A DNA stretch of 64,000 nt, taken from positions 3,100,001 through 3,164,000 of the forward strand of contig OZ218963.1 of assembly GCA_965112735.1 (NCBI GenBank), read 5' to 3'. Of the stretch, positions 1 through 13,629 are shown one piece after another; position 1 is the stretch's first letter, and each line of letters opens with the position of its first letter. A program made the translations under genes and the position numbers. Below the pieces are notes generated by a model. That model was not told where the DNA came from and did no database searches. It saw nothing but the letters and a program-made list of their open reading frames with translations. The DNA comes from Phaeosaccion multiseriatum (lineage: Eukaryota; Protista; Ochrophyta, other classes).

Positions 1-1112
1 TCACTGCCAAGCCGTCGTCTCCGTTCCTATCCTCCCGGTGTCCGTCGCTGCTGGGCAAAACAGTTCGATAAGACCAACCAGGAAATCAAGGATAAGATTG
101 AACGCACACGCAACCCTGGTGACCGCCCCTCCGGAAGAGACGGCCACCGTCGGCCGGAAAGATGAACAGATTTGGGACATGTGCGGTGGGGTAAAGCGCG
201 ACCTACGCACATATAGGCGTTTCAACAAGAGTCAGCCTGAGACCAACATGCTGTTGAGCATGGCTGATGACCTCTTGTTGTGGTCTCTTTCACGAAACAA
301 GATGGGCGCGTCTGCATCCTGATGTCAATGGGGCTGGCTCCTCTCCTCAGGGACTTCTCCTGCCCCACGAAGAGGCTCGAATTGAGGTGTTCCCAGACAC
401 CTGACTTGGACGGCAGCAGCATCTGTGTAGCGGCGCGTTCGCACCAGCAGAAGCCTTAAGAGGAGAGATGTTGAAAAGCCCTCTGGCGTCTCGAGCTCAA
501 CCTTTTGGACGTGCTTGATTGACCTTATGAAGGAGCCCGCCACGGCGACATTGATCGATGCCCAAAGACATCAGGCGATGATGCACGACCGAGTTGATGG
601 CAAGCGAGTAAAGTTTGAACGCGGGGGGTGAGGAGGGTTCCATCCCCAGCTGGCTGGACGAGAAGCACTGCACTTAACCTGCTGTGGCCAACGTTGGAGA
701 GGCAGGAGGCGCTGAGTCACCGGGGGAATACCTCTTGCTGATTTTTGTGTGGACGTGTTGAAGGGCAAGTCAAGGTCTTTCATCGCGCACGGCCCGTACC
801 AGAGTCGCACTGTCTTTGAATCAGGTGCTGGAACTGGCGTGGCCGCTGCTGCAGTCCCTCGCGTCCCCAAGGAACTGAGCTTTGCTGTTCACGAAGATGA
901 CTAAGAAACAGTAGCTGGGGAAATGGTACAGCCGAAGAGCCGTGGCCAAGTCAAAGCAGCACAGCCGGAGGAAGAAAAACACGTGTACTGCTCAGAAACT
1001 AGTATTCTAAATTGATGACATCATGTTGTGATCACATGGACTCACACACAGCCCCGCACACCCCGACCCCGAACTGAGCGAGAGGCAGTGCCGTTAAAAC
1101 TAGCTGAGTGGC

Positions 1113-1807
1113 TCAGTGTTTGAGTTTGTAAGCCAAGCTGCCTGGCGTAGGCACCATTTCAGCAGCCCGTGCTGCTCGCTCGCTGTAGAACCTGGAGTCA
1201 AGCAGGCGCGGCGGAGAGCGAGGGAGCAGCACAGGAGAGTTCAAGCGAAACGAGAGTTCCGAGTTTTGAGGCAGGCAGGGGCAGAGTTTCGCCACGTCGA
1301 TTCATGGAGGGCTTCTCAGAGAGGGAAAGCAACCCCTTACTCCTATTTTTGTGTTTCACTGCTTCATACCTGACTTGTCTCAAGCTGTCGCCTTGATTCT
1401 TCCGGAAGGCGTCATGGATGGCGCTCTCGCTGCTCCGCCTACTCGTACTGCTGCTGCTTGGGGAACTGTAACCGTTACTTGTAGCACTGCTGGAGAGGTA
1501 GGACGCCCGGGGAGTCGCAGACGAGTGGGGTATCCGCCCGTTACCGCTACTCCGGGGAGCGTTGGGCCCTTCGAATCGTGACTTGGCCACACCCGTACTG
1601 TGTCTGCGCCCCGGCCTGAGATGGTCCTCCTCTAACACGGTGGTTGTCTCTCGTGGTCGCCCGGACATTGGCGGCGCGGGACTGCCTGGGCCACCAGCTG
1701 CTGCTGCTACTCCTCTAGAGCTCCTGCTGCTCTCCATGCTAAGACTCGAAGCCTTGCTGCCGTTGCTGCTGCGCCCCCCTCGAGGCACTCCTACTGCTGT
1801 ATCACCA

Positions 1808-1843
<36 letters not shown>

Positions 1844-4167
1844 GGCAGTACCCCCTGACCGCTTCTAGTCCTCTCAGCGCCTCCTCCGCTGCTGTTGTTA
1901 CCCTTGGTCGACAGGGATAATCTACTGAACGCCGTCGCATCGACCTCCGTAGAACAAGACGTCAGCGCCGCAGCAGCAGCCCTTCCTGGCGCTCTCCTCT
2001 CCTCTCGCGCTCTCCTGTAGGCCAAACCTTCTTGGACTAGGGCCTCTTGCATATCTGTTGGCAGGTGGCGGAAGGGTGTACAAGTTGATGATCGTTATCA
2101 GAATCACAGCCAGCAGCACCACAAAGCAAGGATTCGCGCCAAAGCGTTGATAGACTGTAACTGCCTCTAACCTACCTTCTAAATAATGCTGCTGCGGTCC
2201 AATGACGCTGCCCGGCCTGCAAATCCGCATCCACGCGATGCTCTCCACCGCCGTGAACCCAAAGTGCTTGATCATGTATGCCCCTACATGGGCGTGAGAC
2301 AGTGGGGCAGAGGCGCAGAGTGTTCCCACAGGCAGCCAAAGTCTATTAGTACATGTCCGGGCGGGGTACAAGCTTGACTGCAAGAGAGGTCGGGTGCGAA
2401 TGATGTTTCAAGCCACACACACCCGAAGCAAAACATACGAGCTACTCACCAATGCACGTTCCCGTTCTTCCCAAGCCTGCCTTGCAGTGAACAGCGACGG
2501 CTCCCGGTGTGTCCTCGCATGCTTGAAGGAACTTGTGCAGGATGCGTGGAGGGGGCACGCTCCCGTCCAGGTAGTACAGATCAAGGTGGTCGATGCCGGC
2601 GTCGCGGAAGCGCTGTGCGTCGTAGTATTTCTTGTTGAGGCGTATTACCAGTGACACGTTGTTCCTTCGGAGCAGACGAAGGCGGGAGGGGGCAGGGAGT
2701 ATGGTCATTGGCTGAGAGGTGCGGGGGTTATGGGCACAGGCCAAGTCACAAGACGGCAAGGTAGCCAGGCGCGCACAGACACATGCACGCACAGAGACAG
2801 AGGGAGGGAACGAATCAGAGATCGAGGTAGGGAGGCAAGCTTTTCGGATCCTTACTTCTTGAAATATGGAATGTAGTTGTCTGGCGTGAGGGTCCGGTAT
2901 CCGTCGGCAGTCATTTGCGATTTTTGGTGTGGGCCGGCAAAGGCGAGAAATTTGCCGTCGGCCAGCCAATTCATGTCCCCATGCTCCACCTGCCCGTAGT
3001 GCTTCGTACGCAAGAGGGGGGGAGGGTATATGGTTCCGAAGGACAATGGACACGAGGCAGAAGCAGGAAACAGGAAATGGGCATGAGAGCAGCCCTATCG
3101 TGTACTTGCCGGAAGGGCGAATGGCTTTGGCAAAAGCCTTGGGAAGGAACGACGACGAACGTGCGTGCGCCCGGTAGGCAATGGTTTTTGACTGACTGGT
3201 GGTGGTTCTGATGACGCATACAAGTTGCAGTGAGATGGTATACAGAGTCCCAACCCCACCGTACCTCATACTCTTTGGGGTCAAATGTGTCAAAGTTGTA
3301 AAGCTGTAAGGCCGTGGCCTTGCGGATGCCCTGCAGGCAGTGCAAGATGGACAGATTGTACGTGCATGCGCAGGGGCTGGCGTCGTGGAAGGGGACATAC
3401 TTCGTTCGACGAAAGCCCCGGAACGCCTGCTCTGGGGTAAGATCCAGTCGCACCATGGCCCACGCCGCAATGAGGAGGCTTGAATTTGCTCGCCGATGGG
3501 GGTGCATGCTGGAGTAGTAGTAGATGGTCTGGGGGGAAGACAAGACGAGCAAAAGAGAAAAGAAGCAATAATTTATGCCGTGAACCTGTAACAGACTTCA
3601 TGGATGAAAGCAGGGCCTGGACTTCTGCCTGCCTGCCAAGAATATGCGCGGTCCTTGCTTTTGCTGTCTCTCTACCTTGTTCTTGTAGCGCTCGTCCCTC
3701 AGCTTGTCGTCGAGGAGAGCGAAGAAACGGTACATGTGGCTAAGGTTCAGAGGACCAAAGTCGAGGAAGAAGTTCCAGTACACGAGCTCAGTGTCCGTGC
3801 TGGTGGTGAGAGGTGGAGCATACGCGGAACAGCAAGCAGCAGGTCGAAGAAAGTGTGAGGGAGGTGTTGGATTTTTCCGCCTTTCAATTGTACGCCATCA
3901 AGCTCAGCCTCCTACCAGCGTGCCCTCGAACGGGCCTTCATTCAGTACTTAATCCCTCTTCACCTGAAGAAATGGTGGGGCCGACTCCCCGAAGGAACAG
4001 AGCGCAGAGACACGTAGTAGAGACGGGCCTGGAGCAATAAGACGAGAGAGAGAAGGACGGGGGCAACAGAGATGGAGAGGCGCTTTCTTTGAGAACAGCA
4101 TCAGAAGAAGCACCTCCTCTATATCCTCCCTTACCGGGATGATCTCAACGGCCTCTTTCTCCTGCAT
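1113..4167 (-). CDS. CDC14: Dual-specificity protein phosphatase CDC14 (multi-exon)
   Basis: Spliced exons give [19 protein letters not shown] (DSPn A domain), [18 protein letters not shown], catalytic [30 protein letters not shown] and C-terminal QGDSLR. The last exon [10 protein letters not shown]...KLKH* ends at 1113. GT-AG introns. Confidence 0.95.
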
Positions 4168-4607
4168 CGCCGCTATATAATGCTACGCTGCGGCGCCCAA
4201 AAAAATTCCAAAAAAATACAGTTACAGAAAAATGGGGGGGGGGGGGGGGGGGGTGGGGTTGGCAGGCCGATACAAGGTAGCATGCTATCGAGAAGTGAAT
4301 CGAAACACCTCGTTCTTCACTTCAATACTTCACGGATGTGACATTGCTTGGAGTGTCATGCATTCATTTTCTTTTTTTTCTTTCTTTTTGACATGATGCT
4401 TCTGACATAATGTGAAACCTGCAACACCTCTGTAATGTGATGTCTTCTATCGCACCCCTCATGTCTGTGTGGGCTCACGTGATGTGTAGTGCTTCTGCTT
4501 CTGCTTCGACTACGGCGCTGCTATGACTTCGGCGGCAGCGGCGGCGGCGACTACTACTGCTGCTGCTTCAGCGCGGCTCTTCTCTCCACATGCGATGGAG
4601 CAGCAAC

Positions 4608-6725
4608 TTAGATGGTGACTCCCTCAGCAGGCTCAAACACAGCCCCCTGCTCCGACAGCTGCTTGTGTGCCGCTGCGTAGTCCTTGAAGAAGGCCGCCTG
4701 GTCCTCCTTGTACTGCAGGGCGTATTTTCGGAAGCCCTCGTCAATGAAGAGGACGTTGTCGGTCTCGAGCTTCAGCAGCTCGGGGTCCGAACTGTCGTCG
4801 GGGACAGTGGCGTAGTAGCTGTGTGTGTCCATCGCCGGAGGAAATCATACAGCACAGCAACACAACGGATGCACATGGAGCAGTGCGTGGTCGTTAAAAC
4901 AGGGCAGGAAGGCGGGAATTCGAAGTTGTAGATTAACCACTTGACCGAGAATCTTACCTGTTATCGAACTTGAGCCACTTCTCTGTCCATGATGACCCTC
5001 CCTCCTGCCCGTATCCCTCCTTATCATCCCCCCTGGGCTTGACATCACCAGAGGTGAACTTGGTCTTCTCGGCACCGAAGCCGCTGCGGTCCTTGTAGGC
5101 CCGGCCGAGCGTGTGTGCGCCGGACAGAGCGACGATCTGGCGTGGGTGCGCGACAGGGGCAAGTTAGTCGATTGGTTGGTTTCAGCCTTCATACATCGAG
5201 CTGTGGGATTTCAAAAAGAAGCAATGATACAGCAGTAACACGGCAGAAGCAAAGGTATGCTGTGGAACACATGCTCTGGTCTGGGGGCCACAGAAAGTGT
5301 CGACCCTTTTCCCGTCCCAGACAGCGCGAGACCGTCTTCTACCATAGAGGGCACAAACTGCCATGCCTACCCAAATGAATGGAGCTACGCACATGCCCCC
5401 CATGGGTCGGTCCACCACCACGGAATCTTGCTCGCAACTTACCCCCTTATCGTCGTGTCCTTGGCGGTAGAACACGTTCCTCAAGTGTCCCTCGGCGGTG
5501 TCCGAGTCGGGGTACGGGGCACCACCTGTTTGAAGGGGACGAGCAAGAGCACAACAAGTAAAGGGTCTGAGTCTTTGTGGCTCCCGAGCGGAGGGGATCG
5601 GTGAAGAAGGTGGACTACGAAGGGCAGTCGAGAAGGGTATCCCTCAGCCTTCAGGTCCTCGCCTCTTCCTTCAGACCGCAAACTAAGCTCTTTCAGACCG
5701 AAGGAGACTGGCTGCACATTCTCGCGCTTCCTCACCGGCGGGGAGGTTGCCCTCCTTGTGACACTGCTCCGGTCCATCTGCGCTCTTGCGCCCGTACTTC
5801 ATGTCGATCTTGGGCCCCCCCGCGACCTCCACAGCAGCGGCGGAGGCCATCTGCATGACGTCTGCCCAGCCCACGCTAGGGTACTTGTCATGGAAAGGTT
5901 GCAGCATCTCAACTGCGTTGGTCAGGCCGGCGTTGGCGCCGTGGCCGTTCTGTACGCGTTTGCATTCGTTCCAAGACCAGCGAGGTAGAAAGACCGAGTC
6001 CGGGAGCATTGGTTGGGCGAGGAGGCAGGAGGGGGAAAGAAACGGGAAGCTGGTGAGTTAAAGCAGAAGGGGGGGGGGGAGGGGGGGGAGGGTCACTGTC
6101 CGAGTACCCAAAGGGAGGCCAGGATTGCTCCTGTCCCGCTCAGAGAAAGCTAGGCAACGGCGGCCCGAGCCTCACCGCAGAGATACGAGCTTACACGACG
6201 CGAACACGCACCTCAGGGGGGAAGCGAATGGATCCGTTGGCGCCTCCGCACTTGGGCCAGTCGTCGAGGGGGATATCCTTCTCGTACGTCCCTAAAAGAC
6301 ACAGACACATATTAGAGGGTGCGCGGCACCTTGAGTGGTCCAGCAGTGGGAGCTTGGGACGCTCTACTACCGACAAGACCTCCACCCTTCGTCTCCGCCC
6401 ATCATGTTCATGTTCCACGATCATCATGTGTCTTTGTCATGTTCATTTGGAGCCCACCTGAGTCGTGCCACGCCAGGCGGATCATGATGGGATGGCAGTT
6501 GGTCTCGTCGATGAACTTCTCCAGGTCGCTCTTGAGGGCCTTGAGCTCTGCTGGGTCCGGTCCAGCCGCAGCCATCCTGAGGCTGGTGCTGCTGCCCTGC
6601 TGTCGGCCAGAGACGCTAGCTCGAGAGAGCGCGGATCGGCTGGGGAGGGACGAAGAGGGTTGCACGAAAGCCGCAGAGCTTGCAAAGAGAGTGGCGACGA
6701 TCGCGGTGCAGAAAGGAGCTCGCAT
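4608..6725 (-). CDS. APX: Plastid-targeted L-ascorbate peroxidase (multi-exon)
   Basis: [14 protein letters not shown] (distal His), [34 protein letters not shown] (proximal His), [16 protein letters not shown]-terminus [20 protein letters not shown] is a signal peptide plus Phe transit start (ASAFAP-type). Confidence 0.95.
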
Positions 6726-6871
6726 GGTTTACTTAGGAGGGTGGGTTGGATGTGACATACAAAAGAAAGGGAACGTCAACCCCCCGGGGGCAGGGTGGCT
6801 TTTAGTAATCAAAAATCCCATTTTTTTTTTCTCTCTCTCTCTCTCCTCTCTCCATCATTACATCACTCGCA

Positions 6872-7653
6872 ATGTAAGCTCCCCCCCTATGGTGGATGGG
6901 CGCACCGTACTTAGCCTTTGCTCCAGGGACGGTCGAGTCTCGAACCTCCCCTTGCTGCTGCTTACGCTCTCCTTGCCTTTGTCCTCCCTACCTCCTCCCT
7001 GCCACTGCTGCTCTGCTGCTGGTGCTGCTGCTGCTCGTGCCACCCGCAGGGCCTCCATTGACGACAAGAGGGCGGGTGCAGCAACGGAGAAGGAGGAGCC
7101 TTCGAGGGAGGATGAGTTTGCCACGGGCCCCCTTTCGCTACTGATGAACGCTGTAAAAAACAACACACAGGTGTGCCGGCGAGGATGGGGGAATCCTTTC
7201 AGGGTAGAACAGCATGGCTCTCTCTTGGCACGCCTCGAAGCTGGTGCTACTGCTGCTGACCACCACTACCATTACAAAGCACATTGATCACCTTGTGGGT
7301 CCAGTTCCATTCCTCGTGCGGCAAGAGCGAATCTGACCTGCGCACGGAAAAACACAGCCCTTCTCAATGCACATATTCGCTTTCCTTCTTTTCTCTGCAC
7401 ACGTCCCTCTCCACTGTATCAGGTGCTAGTACATGTGCGCAATAACCATAAGCTCCTGGCGCGAGTGAAGGCATTTGACAGGCACTGCAACATGGTTTTG
7501 ACCGACGCCAAGGAGATTTGGACCGAGACACCGAGAACTAGTGGCGGCAAGAAGAAGGCAGCACCAGTCAATAGAGACCGATATATAAGCAAGATGTTTC
7601 TTCGGGGGGACTCGGTGGTGCTGGTCATGAAGAACCCGCAGGCGGCCGCATAG
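6872..7653 (+). CDS. SNRPD2: Small nuclear ribonucleoprotein Sm D2 (exons 6872-6873, 7050-7170, 7423-7653)
   Basis: [10 protein letters not shown]...[31 protein letters not shown]...[18 protein letters not shown] is diagnostic for SmD2. The start codon is inferred to be split AT|G by intron 6874-7049. Confidence 0.93.
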
Positions 7654-8331
7654 CCGGCGGAGTAGGAACACTAGGGGGGGGGGCGCTGTGTAGAGATTGG
7701 CGGGGAGGACGGGGGGTTGTAAAGGCGTGACTAACTTCGAGGAAGGCGTATGGCCCACCGGAGAATCGGCGCTCTTGAGACACGCAAGGAGATGGGGAAG
7801 GGAAAGGCGCGGGGGGGGCGGGGCAACGATGCAAGGCGCAACATTAAAAGAGAAAGGACCCCCATTATCTGGTCATGAAAAGCTGCGGCATCTCGGGAGA
7901 GGGTTTTTCAGCTGTTTTATAGGTTCCCCCCACCCACGCATTGAGCCTAAAGAGAGCAACGAGTTTTGTACATTCAAGTTCGTGCCACCTTCCTGGGTGA
8001 AAGGCCGAAAGCTGTGTCTATCCGCCCTCGTCGCGCTGCTGATTGCCTGCCTCCGCCGCTTTGGCTGCGGTGGTTGCGGGGCGCTCTTCTCGCCACCGTA
8101 CATGTATTGTCTTGCGACAGCAATGGACTCAAAGCTCAAAGAGAGCGACGAACACACATGGGCGATGCGAGCGAAAACTCTCTCTCTCTCCCTCTCTCAT
8201 TGATATCATCTTAAAAATATAAGTAGCCTTCCTAGTCCTAGTCCTTGTCCTCTTACGCGTCCGGAGAAAGCCCCTGCACCCCCTTGGGACTTGCGGGAGG
8301 CAAGGATAACCCTAAACCCCACCACGCCCCC

Positions 8332-10134
8332 TCAAGCCACCGCAAAGTCCTCGGGAACCTCTTCGGCTCCCTCTGCGGACCCCCAACACTTCAACTCTCC
8401 TTCCTGCGTTACGGCGCACGTGTGGAAGTCTCCGGTGCTGATCTCTTCAAACGCAAGCAGATCTTCGCTTTGAAGGCCCCTCGCCCCCCAGCACTGGACA
8501 GAGCCGTCGTCAGAGTGGATGGCGCACGTGTTCCATTGGCCGCACGTCACCTGCGTCCATGGTCCCTCCTTGAAGGCAGATTCTCCCTGGCTATTGCGGC
8601 CCCAGCACTGAATGTCATTGTCTACCGTAATACCACACACGTGCGCAGAGTTGGAGGCCGAGATTTGGCGAAACTGCACCCCTTGGGGAGGGGAAGATTG
8701 ACCCCTCCTGTTGGCCCCCCAGCAAGTCACGAGTCCGTTGGGTCGCAGGCCGCAGCTGGTGTCCCCTCCAGCCACCACCTGCACAAACGTCTGCTCCTGC
8801 GGGGCGTGCACACACCCCTGTATATTGTTGCCCCAACACGTTGCCACGCCCTCGATGCTCAGGGCGCATGTATGGTGCCCCCCCGCGTTGACCTGAAGGC
8901 AGCAGGAGCAGCAACAGAGACAAACAGAGGAAGGGCGCTATCAATGGGTGGCGCCACCTCAAGACGACAAAACAACAGAACAAACACCAACTTGGAAGCC
9001 TGCCTCCTCCATGCACCCTGCTGAGGGGACAGCTAGCCTCCTAGCCTCGTCGTAGGGCCAGGCTTATTCCTGGCCACCTCACCTGTTGGTACAGCCCCTC
9101 GGGTGCGAGGGCCAACGCCCCCCAGCACTCAATGTTCTGATCCTCGCGAACGCCGCAGGAGTGGCCCTGGCCAGCAGTCACCTGCTCGACAGGGAAATGG
9201 AGAAAACGTATGTATGTACCAAAGCGTTGCTTCACAGTTTAGTTGGGCGAGGACTGAGCTGAATGAAACAGCACAGGCCGCAAAAAACTTGGCTTCAGGG
9301 GTGAGAGACGAGCAGAGGTATACTCGGTGAGGAAGGCAGCATACACACACGAAGGGAAGTGGGACACACGAGCAGACACGCACGCACGCACGCACACACA
9401 CACGCACGCACGCACGTAGACAGGCCGAAGGGCAGATGGACTACGACGGGTCAGACAGCTCGTAACTCCCGAAGAGCAATCACACCCCTATACTTCTCCT
9501 TCAAAGTCCCCCACGAGGTCGCCCCTCGAGGCGAAGAGCCCCCCCCCCCCCCCTCATCTTCCCATCTTTGTCTTGTGCCGAAGCAAGCGTGTCGTCCAAA
9601 AAACAGGGAGAGGAAGAAGCTTTCTCACCTGAATAAAGACCCCTTCGGGCGCGTCGCACTGTCCGAAATCGTTTCTTCCCCAGCAGCGCACCGGGCCACC
9701 AAAGGGGGCACTTTCATCGAACTCCAGCGCACACGTGTGATGCGGTCCCATGGCTACTGTGATGCTATCCACATCCGAGTGGAAGCCTTCCGGGAGGTCA
9801 GCAAAGATCGTCCCTGGCTCCGCTTCTTTGCCCGAGAGCATGGAAAGGTTGCGATTGTTTATTGGCTTTGGTGCGGCAGCGGCCTGGCGCCGCGACACTT
9901 CCAGCTTCCTCTCTCGGTCCCGCCGCTGCTGCTCCTTCTCCTTCTCCTCCGCTTCCAGCGCTAGACGCTGTGCTTCTTTTCGCCTGGCCTCCTCCTCTTG
10001 CTGCTTCTGCTGCCGCTGCTTCTCCTCCAACTCCTGCTCTGCTTGCCTTTCGGCGGCTGCCAAGGCCTCCTCTTCCTTCAATGCAGCCGCCGCTGCCGTG
10101 CGCCTGGAGTCCGCTTCCTCCAGCTTGGCCTGCT

Positions 10135-10174
<40 letters not shown>

Positions 10175-10218
10175 CACAGTTTCCTCCCGTTTGGTCTGCT
10201 CTACTTCTACTACTGCTA

Positions 10219-10251
<33 letters not shown>

Positions 10252-10822
10252 TCGCATCTACCCCCAGGTTAGCCTGCTCCGTTGCTGCTGCTTCTACTGC
10301 TGCCACATTTTCCACCAGTATAGCCTGCTCTACAGTCCCTTCCCCCTCTTCCTTTGATCTGACACTCTCCTCTTCCTCCTGGTGTTCCTCTCCCGTCGGC
10401 TCCGGCTCCTCTCCTGTCGAATCCGGCTCCCAGCTATGAAACCCCTCCTCGCCGCCTCCTCTCCTCCCTCCCCGCAGCTGCTGCCTCTCTTCGTGTGGCC
10501 TCCCATCCTCCACTGTCTGTGCCTGCACTATTTCATCCTCCAATTCAGCGTCTTTTTGTATATACAAAGGGAGCTCCTGTGCTTCCAATAGCTCCTCCTC
10601 TTCCGTGGCCGCGCCTGCCTTGACAGCGGCAGCAGCTGCCGCCCCCAAGCCTGGTGCTGCTCCTGCTCGTGCTCCTCCTGCTGCTAGTCCAGAATCCCCC
10701 CCGATGAGATGTGACAAGTGCCCTACAGACTCAATCGCCAGTACAGTGCAGCAGTTGTCGCTCACAGCGAGAGTAGCTGCTACCGCCCCGAAGGCAATTA
10801 CTTTTCTTCTCATGGAGCGCAT
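8332..10822 (-). CDS. Secreted RCC1/BLIP-II-like beta-propeller repeat protein with acidic/coiled-coil N-terminal half
   Basis: Hydrophobic N-terminus (VIAFGAVAATLAVS), E/A/Q-rich coiled region, then ~7 repeats of type 'QVxAGxxHxCxxxxDGxVxCWG' across several exons, ending ...PEDFAVA*. Confidence 0.8.
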
Positions 10823-11204
10823 CGTAATCTGAAGTCACCCGCAGTGCATAGACCCCATAGAGGTCGTCTCAACCTGGCTCTCTCCCTTTCAGCAACCACA
10901 GCGAGTTCCCAGGATGCTGCTAGATAAAAGATTGAAAGGAGGGGGAGAAGAGGGAGTCAGGGCGGCGGCTGCCGCCAGCCGTTTCACCCTATGCCAACGA
11001 ACTTTTTTTTTAATCCCCTCTCTTCCTTCAGGACTGTTACAGAGGTGCGAGCTGGCGTGTAGGAAGCGAAAGGGACTGCTCCTGACTCGAGTGTCGTGTG
11101 AGTACCCCTTCCTGTAGGGGTGCCAGCAGGGCCACTGTCAAGCGGCCGGAGATTGTGAAGGCAGAAGGCACCCGCCCAGGGTCGACCTGGACCGTAGGAG
11201 CAAC

Positions 11205-13598
11205 ATGGCGGCGACTCCAGAGTCGAGTGCCGACTATCTGCTGCGCCTCAACTGCAAAGCTATGATGGAGTGGCTCACTGCTCGGTCCATTCTACATCGA
11301 CCCGACGACCCAATGCAGTTCTTGTTCGACCTGCTCTCAGAAAAGCTCAAGGAGAGGGGTGGTGTGGGGGGCTACGATCCCAACGCGGCCATTACGTACC
11401 TCAAGGTGACTGATCCTTCTTCCTAAAAGCAGCTTGATGACGCACGAGACGCCATACTCCTTCCATGTCTCCCATTCTCCCTCCCTCTCTCACTCAATCC
11501 TTCACTCTTGTCACTCACTCTCAGGAGAGCTATGACGATGCGATGAGCGCCGCGGATGAGCATGGCATCATCCACTCGGCCGCCATGGAGAAGGCGCAGC
11601 AAGACAGAAGAGAGAAGATCGCGCTGCTTGACCAGCAGAGACAGAGCAGGGGAGGAGCCTACCATTTGGACGCAACAGCCGCTTCTTCCTCTGCTGACAC
11701 CGGTGAGGCAGGTGCGATCAAGACGCCCTTGTCCGCCACAGGAGAAGGAGGGGCGAAAGAAGGAGAGGAGGCAGGCCAAGCACCCAGGTCTAACCCTCAG
11801 GACGGTGACGGAGAAACCCAAGCCTCCCAATCGCACATCCTGAGTACCCAAGAGATTGACTTTTTGGCAGAGCTGGAGCTGCCCGACGACGCCGCGGCCC
11901 ACGTGTCACAGATAGCGGCTTCCCTGGTGAACGCCACATTCACCGCCTACTACCACGAGGACCAGACAGACGGGTCGCTGCATCTGTCCACAGGTGCGAG
12001 CAAGACAAGAGCGCACTTTCGCTTCCTCGTACTGTTGCAACGCATAGCCCTCCTCTTGGAGACTCCATGCCAACTTCGCGCGTCGTGTCTTGGTGGTGGT
12101 GGTTGGGGGGGGGAGGTTGACTTGTCACTCACTGCCAAGAAGCCCGTGACTCGCTCTCTGTCTCCGATCGCTCGCGCAGAAACACGCCCGCGAATTGGCC
12201 ACGATTTCACTTTTCCTTTTGCCTGTTCTCGGCTGTGTCTTCCTCTTTCCCCCCACCCCGAAACCTGTCCACAGAGGAGAAGGTCGGGGAGGATAAGCCC
12301 AGGGCGCAGCTTGGCATGGGTTTGGTGGGTATTGCAGCCAAGACGGGAGATGTGGTCATGGTAAGGGACGGACCGTGCGATCCTCGCTTCGTGCCGGAAA
12401 CGGATGCGCCCAACTGTGAGGTAGGGCCGGTGCTTTGCGTGCCCGTTTATCACCAACGCGTGCACCGTGAGGGTAGGGAGGACGGGGAGGACGGGGAGGA
12501 CGGGGAGGGCAAGGCGGCGGCTTTGCAAGGGGTGCTGCTGGTGGGGCGAGGCCCTGCCGCTACACCGTTTACAGAGCGGGACGCGAGATTGTTAAAGCAA
12601 TTCTGTAGCACGGCAGGGGTGGTGATGAAGAACGCCAATCAGTTCCAGCACGAACTGAGAGAGACACACAAGTTCAAGGCCATGATCGAGATTATCGGAG
12701 CCATTAATGACGACCAGGAGCAGGTAGGTCGCGAGTCGGGTCGAAAGTGCGGCGTTGAAGTGTTTGCTGCAGGACCTGACTACTGGACGAGTCAAAGCAA
12801 TGTCTGGTCAGATGAGACGCTGACACGCCGAAATGAATCCCATCTGCCCTTCTCGACTCGCCGGTACATCCTTCCTTGCCACCTTCAATCGTCGAAACTG
12901 TTGCAACTGTCGACAGGTGGACCACCACATGCTGCTGTACACGATCAGCATTAAACTGCCAATGATTTGCGACGCGCACCGCTGCACCGTTTACCTGGTG
13001 AGTAGCGCACCCAGCTTCCGAATCCCTGTCATGCTTTCTCGTTGATACTTTCTATCACAATCCTGAGTGTGTTTGTCCCTTCTCCTCTCTCCCAACGCCT
13101 CAACATTTCTAGGTGGACAGTGGAAAGCAGCAGCTCTGGGCCGTGCAGGTTAGTTGCTACTAGTCTGTGCTGCGCTCGTCATTCCCTGGCTTGTTGCTGA
13201 CTGCAGTACCTGAGGACCCGAGCTCCGAGCCTACCTGTACAGTTACCTCTAACTGTTCCTACCGCTGTCTTTACTCCTCCCAATCTGAGTGATGGGAGGC
13301 TTGTCTGTCCTTCCTTTCTAATCCTTTGTCGACTCATCTGTCCGTTTCTGTAGGGGGGCATGAACCTCAAACTGCCCATGGACAAGGGCATTGCAGGGCA
13401 TGTGGCCACAACCGGGGAGACTGTGAATGTGCAAGATGCCTACAAGAGCGAGCACTTCTTCCAAGACGTGGACAGGGAGAATGGGTACCACTCCAAGGCC
13501 ATTCTAGCAATGCCCATATGGTCCACGGATGCGACGATGGCAGGAGGAGAAGCAGGAGGAGCAGCAGCGGCAGGAGGAGGAGGAGGAGGAGCAGGAGG

Positions 13599-13629
<31 letters not shown>

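Noticed and set aside
1-900. Possible gene fragment(s) at the window start (ORFs 38-322 +, 571-870 -, 325-543 -)
   Set aside because: No recognisable motifs, and strand and splicing cannot be resolved.
6319-7287. 322-aa plus-strand ORF spanning APX antisense and SmD2
   Set aside because: A chance read-through of antisense, promoter and intron sequence; only its end is SmD2 exon 2.
9750-10439. Poly-Leu/Cys/Ala plus-strand ORFs
   Set aside because: Antisense frames of (GCA)n tracts in the RCC1-repeat gene.
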